A stretch of DNA of 64,000 bases. Origin: Eledone cirrhosa. Taxonomy: Eukaryota. Position 1 is the stretch's first letter, and the number at the start of each line of letters is the position of its first letter. The notes under the pieces are model-generated. The model saw only the letters and a program-made list of their open reading frames with translations, was not told the DNA's origin and did not search any database. The DNA is taken from positions 10,106,001-10,170,000 of the forward strand of contig OZ024745.1 of the NCBI GenBank assembly GCA_964016885.1, given 5' to 3'. A program made the translations under genes and the position numbers. Below are positions 55,657 to 64,000 of this stretch, piece after piece.

Positions 55657-56654
55657 CTGTAATAAGAAATAAAACAATATTTTGGGTTGGTTCGAATCAA
55701 TAGGGACTGGAAACATCATTTCTCTTCCTATATTTCTACTAAATACAAACTCCAACATTAAATATTATTGAAAAAGACAACAAATATTTCATTATTTCAC
55801 ATTCTCATATGCACCAACATTTCAGACTTTATTCAGACGTAAGCAATTCTCCTAATTAACAAATAAAGATTGATCAACCATCAAACTCTTACTCCATGTC
55901 GCCTCCTACATTATCATCATTTCTACATGGCATGTCCCTCACCATCATACCGGCAGTCCAATTCTTACTTGGATTAACAGCCCTCATATACATGCATGGC
56001 TGTACATATGTGTAACATGCGTTTGTAGAGGTTTGGGTGTGAGTTTCCTACTGTAACCTCAAAACCCCAACCTGCTTCATGGTTGAGTGGTTGGTGACTA
56101 AATCGGTTCCCCCACCAGCAACACAATAAAACAAAAGCTGTTAAAAGGGTGGATGACCTCCTCAGAGTCAATAGCCTCACCAACCCACAATTGAGCAAGT
56201 ATTGTGAGTATGTAGTGAACAGAATTATTATGTATTTTCCTTTGGCGGAAGAATGGTGTCACAGAGGTGAATGGCTGAAGTAGCCAATCAGGGCCCTCAG
56301 CAGATCGAGACAAGTTGCTGGACTACTTGGACCAGAGAGACAGTTGGCTGACAGGCAGAGAGACACAGAGTTCACTGAACAACCAGCATCAAGACGTCCA
56401 ACATTTGATATGCCACATTCTTTCACATCTCCACTGGAATATGCAGCCAACACGATGTGAAGACTTGCTCAACCTTCTCTTGTTATTTTTGATTCCATAT
56501 TTGTAAAACAAATAAAAGGGAATTTTTGTTATAAGGGATTATGTCGTTTTTGTCATTGCCTTCTCAATCGATAAATATAATAATATTTCCAGCGACACTT
56601 AATCAACGTTATAAGTACAGCTACCCCCCTGACATGACCAAAACCTAACAGGAA

Positions 56655-56840
56655 GTGGTGGAGGTCAACCAACAGAAGGACCTACATTGGTTGGTGGTCA
56701 ACCAGGAAGGGGTTCCTCCAACAGAAGGCCCTACATTGGTTGGTGGTCAACCAGGAAGGGGTTCCTCCAACAGAAGGCCCTACATTGGTTGGAGGTCAAC
56801 CAGGAAGGGGTTCCTCCAACAGAAGGCCCTACATTGGTTG
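56655..56840. repeat. 3-4 tandem copies of a ~50-bp unit (ggtcaaccaggaaggggttcctccaacagaaggccctacattggtt)
   Basis: Direct repeats; a single-copy homolog lies at 33661-33710. Confidence 0.85.
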
Positions 56841-57227
56841 CCCTGTCTTCCTTCTATAAAGTTATAATTCCTGAACAAAATATTTACAACTGATTTATAA
56901 TAATCTTACTTCAATATACCAAGAAAACTACTACTACTACTACCAGCACTACCACCACCCCTACTCCTACCACAACCACTACCACCACTACAACTAGTAC
57001 CACCACCACCACCACTACTACTACTACTACTACTGTAGTATGTGTTCAGTATGTAGTATTAAACAGTAAAACTAAACTCCTAATGGTGTTATCATCCCTG
57101 CTTCTGTTAATTAGCAAATGTATTAATTAATCGCCAGCTTTTATGATTGTACAGCAGTGTCGTTATGATTTCCTATTAAAGCCAATCTATTTCACTCACA
57201 TCATTAACAGCCTGGCCTTGGTCTAGT

Positions 57228-57508
57228 TTCACATCTCCCCTCCTGTCGCACCCTTCACATCTCCCCTCCTCCCATACCTTTCACACCTCCCCTCCTGTCG
57301 CACCCTTCACATCTCCCCTCCTCCCATACCTTTCACACCTCCCCTCCTGTCGCACCCTTCACATCTCCCCTCCTCCCATACCCTTCACATCCCCCCTCTG
57401 CCATACCTTTCACACATCCACTCCTGTCACATCTTTCACATCCCCCCTCTGCCACACCTTTCACATCCCCCCTCTGCCACACCTTTCACATCCCCCCTCT
57501 GCCACACC
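57228..57508. repeat. C-rich ~24/49-bp minisatellite (ttcacatccccc..c.cacc)
   Basis: Direct repeats. Confidence 0.85.
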
Positions 57509-58197
57509 TGGTAGTGGTGGTGGTGAGGGTGGTAGTGGTGGTGATAGTGGTGATGGTAAGGGTGGTAGTGGTGAGGGTGAGGGTAGTAGTGGTGGTGAGG
57601 GTGGTAGTGGTGAGGGTGGTGGTGAGGGTGAGGGTAGTAGTGGTGGTGAGGGTGGTAGTGGTGGTGAGGGTGGTGGTAGTGGTGATGTTGGTAGTGGTGA
57701 TGGTGAGGGTGGTAGTGGTGGTGAGGGTGGTAGTGGTGGTGAGGGTGAGGGTGGTGGTGGTAGTGGTGATGTTGGTAGTGGTGATGGTGAGGGTGGTGAG
57801 GGTGGTAGTGGTGAGGGTAGTAGTGGTGGTGAGGGTGGTGGTGGTAGTGGTGATGGTGAGGGTGGTAGTGGTGGTGAGGGTGAGGGTAGTGGTGGTGGTG
57901 AGGGTGGTAGTGGTGATGGTGAGGGTGGTGGTGGTGGTGGTGGTGAGGGTGGTAGTGGTAGTGAGGGTGATAGTGGTGGTGGTGGTAGTGGTGATGTTGG
58001 TAGTGGTGATGGTGAGGGTGGTAGTGGTGGTGGTGGTGAGGGTGGTAGTGGTGGTGGTGAGGGTGGTAGTGGTGGTGAGGGTGAGGGTGGCAGTGGTGGT
58101 GAGGATAGGGTGGTAGTGGTGGTGAGGGTGGTAGTGGTTGTAAGGGTGGTAGTGGTGGTTGTGAGGGTGGTAGTGGTGGTGGTAGTGAGGGTGGTGG
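57509..58197. repeat. (GGT/AGT/GAG)n cryptic trinucleotide simple repeat
   Basis: Low complexity; gives poly-V and poly-P pseudo-ORFs. Confidence 0.95.
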
Positions 58198-58589
58198 AGA
58201 AGAAAAGGAGAGGAGGAGGAAGAGTAGATGATAAAATAGTGTGAGGGGTGGAGATTGCTGAAGTTACAAAGAACATTTACAGATATTTGTGGTACCCAAA
58301 GTATTGAGCAACAGCAGTAGTAGTAGCAGCAGAAGTAATTATACAGATAGCAGTGAATTTGTCAGTTTGTTTCCAGACAAATACAGTCTAATTAAGAAAT
58401 GAGCAAACGTGGATATTGTATAAAGAATTTGTATTAGATATGCAAATGCCTCCACCATTCCTTAATGACATTTACTATCAGTCTAGACATGCAAAACTGA
58501 AGTTATTGATTTAACGACAGAGTAAGGCATGCTTATGTTTCTAATTAATACTAATTTTAAAACTGTTCTGGAATACTTCATTTACCACT

Positions 58590-58885
58590 CATCATCATTA
58601 TCACTGTTTAACGTTTATCCTCCATGATTTCATGTTGCAAGCTGAGGTTAGACTACTTAGATGACCACGTGTTGCTCATGTGCTCCATTTCTGCTCGGTT
58701 TCTACAGATGGATGCCCTTCCTAACCCTAACCTCTTTACACCATCTACAGGGAGCATGGTATCTCAGGCTAGATACCCTTCCTAACCCCAATCTCTTTAC
58801 ACCATCTACAGGGAGCATGGTATCTCAGGCTAGATGCCCTCCCTAACACCATCTACAGGGAGCATGCGATCTATGGCTAGATGCC
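58590..58885 (-). mobile_element. Reverse RTE/SINE 3' remnant with 2-3 tandem 61-bp duplications
   Basis: tttaacgt..tccatg..ggtttctacagatggatgcccttcctaac is the reverse complement of the RTE tail; gatgccct/gataccct recurs at 58711, 58772 and 58833. Confidence 0.65.
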
Positions 58886-59001
58886 CCCCACCTAACTAAA
58901 ATACATTATCTTCCATAAACTAATTTCTCAGTAAAATGCCCAATATTTCCTATTTCTCAGTAAAATGTCCAGTATTTCCTACTTCTCAGTAAAAAGCTTA
59001 C

Positions 59002-59085
59002 CTTCAGTTCTTCTTGTAGCCGCTGCTCTTTACTTTCAAGTAACTTATTGTCAACATTTTCCTGGTCTAACTGATTTTCAAGTTC
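59002..59085 (-). CDS. Internal coding exon A (84 nt, phase 0/0) of a coiled-coil repeat protein gene: ELENQLDQENVDNKLLESKEQRLQEELK
   Basis: Manual reverse-complement: acceptor ...tttcacag|GAA, donor AAG|gtaagc; 28 stop-free codons; same motif as the other exons. Confidence 0.9.
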
Positions 59086-59130
59086 CTGTGAAACATAACA
59101 TTGTTATCATTATTATATTACGTACTTAAC

Positions 59131-61820
59131 AGAAGAGGACTATCCTCAGGAGAAAAATATGGAAGAGGACTATCCTCAGGAGAAAAATATGGAAGAGGAC
59201 TATCCTCAGGAGAAATATGGAAGAGGACTATCCTCAGGAGAAAAATATGGAAGCTAAAGGACCCCACAGCCAGAAATAAATTTAAAAGCATATTACTTGA
59301 TGCTTTCGACAGTAAGGAAGAGCATTTAGAGTCGTACAATATAGAGGAACAGTGGGAATTCCTGAAAGCAAACCTGCTGATGGCGGCAGACGAAGTCTGT
59401 GGCTGGATCAGGCCTGTAGGTAGGAGGAGAGTAACATGGTGGTGGAACAGTAAGGTGGAGGAGTCAATTAAGGCCAAAAAGCAGGCTTGGAAAGTATGGC
59501 GGGATGGGGGAAGTAGAGAAGACTATCAAGTGGCCAGGAGGGAAGCTAGGAGACAAGTGTACTTTGCTAGAAGGGAAGCAGAGGAAAGAAAGTCCAAGCA
59601 TGTTCTACAACGCGAGGACCAAAAACGTGATGTGTTCAGGATTGCTAGGCAATGTATCAAGGAAAACCGTGATATTGTCGGGGAGAAGTGTGTCCTTAAT
59701 AATGATGGTGTACTTGCCATCACTGACGCTGATAAGAAGGTAGCTAGGAAGTGTCACTACGAAAGGCTACTAAATGAGGAGAATAAATGGGAGAAAGACA
59801 GTCTCCCCCACATCGATCCAATAGAGGGACCAGCAGTGTTAGTCGAAGGTAGCATAATAAGTAAGGCAATCAAAGATATGAAGACGGGTAAGGCGGCTGG
59901 GCCTTCGGAAATAGTTGCTGAAATGCTGAAAGCTTCTGGAACGGTGGGACACACCATGGCCACCCGGATAGTAAACCAAGTCATACAGAATGGGGTTGTT
60001 CCGAAGGACTGGCGTAGCAGCATCATCATTAACTGCTACAAGGGTAAAGGAGATGCCCTAGATAGGAGTAACTATAGAGGCATTAAATTAATCGACCAGG
60101 TCATGAAGGTCACAGAAAAAGTAATAGCGCAACTAATCAGAGAGAGAATTGATCTAGATGAAATGCAGTTCGGGTTTGTGTCAGATAAAAGTACCACAGA
60201 CGCTCTTTTCATTGTACGACAACTACAGGAGAAGTACCTAGCTAAAAGTAAACCCCTATACTTAGCTTTTGTTGACTTGGAGAAAGCCTTCGACAGAGTC
60301 CCCCGTTCCATTATCTGGTGGGCTCTTAGAAAATTAGGTGTTGATGAATGGCTTGTGAGAGCAACGAATATAGTGAAGAGTTTAGCGTAAAAGTTGGTGT
60401 TCATCAGGGCTCTGTTCTTAGCCCCCTACTATTTATTAGTGCCCTTCAGGCTATAACAGTGGAGTTCAAGACCGGCTGCCCATGGGAACTCCTATACGCA
60501 GATGATCTAACGCTCATAGCTGAATCAATGGCTGAACTAGAGAAGAAATTCCAAACATGGAAGCATGGCCTAGAATCAAAAGGCCTTAAAATTAACCTGT
60601 CTAAGACTAAAGTTCTAATTTGTAGGAAGGAAAATAGGGCACTGGTCCCATCCGGGAAATGGCCATGCTCAGTGTGTAGGAAAGGAGTAGGTAGAAACTC
60701 CATTTTATGTCCCAAATGCAAAGTATGGGTGCATAAAAGATGTAGTGGGATCACAGGTAAGCTAACTAAGAACATAGATTTTATATGTGGCCGGTGCTCT
60801 GGTGCAATAAGTAGCAGCAAGTGCCTACAGAATACTAGCTCATTCCATTGCACAGATGGTTCTATAGAAATAGTGGACACCTTCCGTTACTTGGGTGACA
60901 AAATCAGCAGTGGTGGAGGGTGGTCTGCAAGTACAGTAGCTAGAGTCAGAACTGGATGGAAAAAGTTCAGAGAGCTTATACCACTATTAGCCGCTAAAGG
61001 GTTCTCTCTAAAAATGAAAGGCAGGCTGTATGATGCCTGCATACGAACAGCAATGTTATATGGCAGTGAGACCTGGGCATTGTGTGCAGAGGATATAGGC
61101 AGACTGGAGAGGAACGAAGCTTGCATACTCCGCTGGATGTGTAATAGTAATATACGTGAACGGCCAAGCATAAACGAACTAAGGGAAAAATTAGAAATAA
61201 GAGGGATCAGATGTTGTTTACTCGAGAGAAGACTACGTCGGTATGGTCACGTGATGCGCATGAAAGATGACAGCTGTATAAAAAAGTGCAGGGCAATATA
61301 AATAGACGGTAGCCATGGAGTAGGCAGACCCAGAAAAACCTGGGACGACTTGATAAATTCCGACCTCACACACTTACACCTCTCCAAGACAATGTCACTG
61401 GACCGAGATCTTTGGCGCTACATAGTAATACAGAAGACCCGCCTTACCTAAGTACAAAGTGAAACCTACTACAGTCAGTAGGCACCTCTAACAAAATACA
61501 CTCCCGTCCCACTAGCCCCACCCCATCCACACCACCCCTTTCAATGTAAAGTTATGTTGGTACCACAACATCCAGGCCGAAACAAATGAGGTTGTGTAGG
61601 TGTCACGACAACAAAACACACAGTCCACGCTGTAATGTGGCCGTGTAGGGAACACGGTAAAAATCTCCCAGTCCACACTGTAAACGTGGTTGGTGTTAGG
61701 AAGGGCATCCAGCCGTAGAAAACCAGCCAGACAGTCCTATGCGAGCGAGACAACCACTCTTGCCTCAAGTGGGAAAACTCCCGTCTAAACCCATGCAAGC
61801 GTGGAAGATGGACGTTAAAC

Positions 61821-61858
<38 letters not shown>
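59131..61858 (+). mobile_element. 5'-truncated RTE-clade LINE (RT pseudogene) antisense to the host gene, with (GAT)n tail
   Basis: ORFs 59101-60390 and 60348-61301 carry RT motifs (KAAGP, NYRGIKL, QFGF, FVDLEKAFDRVP, GVHQGSVLSPLLF, LLYADD, FRYLG). Frameshift near 60363 and premature TAA at 61299, followed by GRPRKTW...DRDLWR to a stop at ~61451. No APE domain present; 3' (gat)n at 61821-61858. Confidence 0.93.
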
Positions 61859-61860
<2 letters not shown>

Positions 61861-61861
61861 A

Positions 61862-62490
61862 AGATGGTGGATTGGTAGAGTCAGAGGGTTGGGGAAAATG
61901 ATTTGTGGTATTTAGTCAAGACTATGTTCTGAGTTCAAATTCCATACCAGTTAAGTACTGGGGTCAATATAATTGATTTCACCCTTCCCCCTTAATGCCA
62001 ATGTTACAAAGTATAAGAAATAATAATTATTAGGTTAACTTTACCTTTCATCTTTACGGGGTTGATAAAATAAAGCACCAGTAATGCACTGGGGTTGATT
62101 TAATCAACTTTCTCCTCCCACCTAAAATCGTTGACCTTGTCTCTAAATTAGATACCATTATTATTGGCAGTATCGGTAGAAGGTCGGACGCTATGCTTTG
62201 ATGCATAGAGTTACGGCCCTTGCCATTCTGAGTTCGAATCCCGCTGAGATTAACTTTGCCTTTCCTTCTTACAGGTTCGATAAAATAAAGTACCAGTAAT
62301 GCACTGGGATAAATGCTGGTCTTGTGCCAAATGTAGAAAAAATTATTATATTGCATAAGGGCAGTGGAGTCGGAAGAGCATCAGACAAGTGCTTAGCAAT
62401 ATTTGCTACTGTTCTATATGTTCTCAGTTTAAATGTTGCCAACGTCAACCTTGACTTTCATCTTACCGGGGTCAATAAAATATAGTACCA
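61862..62490 (+). mobile_element. Cluster of 3-4 head-to-tail tRNA-SINE copies/fragments
   Basis: Repeated ttctgagttc(a/g)aat, actttgcctttc, gggg.tgataaaataaag.accag motifs. Confidence 0.65.
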
Positions 62491-64000
62491 ACCTATAACT
62501 AGAGTTGACATATAGTACCAACCTAGTACTAGAGTTGACATATAGTACCAACCTAGTACTAGAGTTGACATATAGTACCAACCTAGTACTAGAGTTGACA
62601 TATAGTACCAACCTATAACTAGAGTTGACATATAGTACCAACCTAGTACTAGAGTTGACATATAGTACCAACCTAGTACTAGAGTTGACATATAGTACCA
62701 ACCTATAACTAGAGTTGACATATAGTACCAACCTAGTACTAGAGTTGACATATAGTACCAACCTAGTACTAGAGTTGACATATAGTACCAACCTAGTACT
62801 AGAGTTGACATATAGTACCAACCTAGTACTAGGGTTGACGTATAGTACCAACCTAGTAGTAGAGTTGACATATAGTACCAACCTAGTACTTGGGTTGACA
62901 TGATATAGTACCAACCTAGTACTAGGATTGACATATAGTACCAACCTAGTACTTGGGTTGACATATACTACCAACCTAGTACGTGGGTTGACATATAGTA
63001 CCAACCTAGTACTAGGGTTGACATAATATAGTACCAACCTAGTACTTGGGTTGACATATAGTACCGACCTAGTACTAGGGTTGACATATAGTACCAACCT
63101 AGTACTAGGGTTGACATATAGTACCAACCTAGTACTAGGGTTGACATAATATAGTACCAACCTAGTACTAGGGTTGACATATAGTACCAACCTATAACTA
63201 GAGTTGACATATAGTACCAACCTAGTACTAGGGTTGACATATAGTACCAACCTATAACTAGAGTTGACATAGTACCAACCTAGTACAAGGGTTGACATAT
63301 AGTACCAACCTATAACTAGAGTTGACATATAGTACCAACCTAGTACTAGGGTTGACATATAGTACCAACCTAGTACTAGAGTTGACATATAGTACCAACC
63401 TATAACTAGAGTTGACATATAGTACCAACCTAGTACTAGGGTTGACATATAGTACCAACCTAGTACTAGAGTTGACATATAGTACCAACCTAGCACTTGG
63501 GTTGACATATAGTACCAACCTAGTACTTGGGTTGACATATAGTACCGACCTAGTACTAGGGTTGACATAATATAGTACCAACCTAGTACTAGGGTTGACA
63601 TAATATAGTACCAACCTAGTACTAGGATTGACATATAGTACCAACCTAGTACTTGGGTTGACATATAGTACCAACCTAGTACGTGGGTTGACATATAGTA
63701 CCAACCTAGTACTAGGGTTGACATATAGTACCAACCTAGTACTTGGGTTGACATATAGTACCAACCTATAACTAGAGTTGACATATAGTACCAACCTAGT
63801 ACTAGGGTTGACATATAGTACCAACCTATAACTAGCGTTGACATATAGTACCAACCTAGTACAAGGGTTGACATATAGTACCAACCTATAACTAGAGTTG
63901 ACATATAGTACCAACCTAGTACTAGGGTTGACATATAGTACCAACCTAATACTAGGGTTGACATATAGTACCAACCTAGTACTAGGGTTGACATATAGTA
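62480..64000. repeat. 30-bp satellite (tatagtaccaacctagtactagagttgaca), ~50 copies, running off the window
   Basis: Direct periodicity; begins inside a SINE. Confidence 0.97.

Noticed and set aside
57461-58276. Proline-rich extensin-like and poly-Val ORFs
   Set aside because: Translation of a simple GGT/AGT repeat; no splice or codon evidence.
2542-59085. 84-nt exons as leucine-rich repeats (NOD/CIITA-type 28-aa LRR exons)
   Set aside because: No LxxLxLxxN motif; the peptides are charged heptad coiled coil.
62429-63994. WYYMSTLVLG repeat ORFs
   Set aside because: SINE-derived 30-bp satellite with frameshifts.

Overview
Eukaryotic, AT-rich genomic DNA, probably cephalopod/Octopus (inferred from the style of the RTE 3' tails, tRNA-SINEs and TTAACCCTTT..AAAGGGTTAA MITEs; not database-verified). 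About 70% of the window is tandem repeat, and the giant ORFs in the ORF track are artefacts of satellites whose unit lengths are multiples of 3. Hidden between the arrays on the minus strand is an internal part of a real spliced gene. I can read 10 phase-0 GT-AG exons: nine are exactly 84 nt and one is 75 nt. Each encodes one copy of a 28-residue myosin-rod-like coiled-coil repeat (consensus about xLENxLxxExxxKKxLENKExRLxEKIK). The introns are inflated by at least 8 different satellites, several traceable to pieces of mobile elements in the same window. A ~23.6-kb 54-bp array sits inside a TTAA-flanked MITE and is an amplified copy of its left terminus. A second copy of that MITE family independently amplified the same end. 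The 61-bp array (and more weakly the 47-bp array) matches the 3' UTR of a nearby RTE LINE, and a 30-bp array grows directly out of a SINE. The window also holds a 5'-truncated RTE LINE with a PHD-like finger after the RT core, a Tx1/L1-like fragment with a 14-bp TSD in a (GATA)n tract, and a 200-N scaffold gap.
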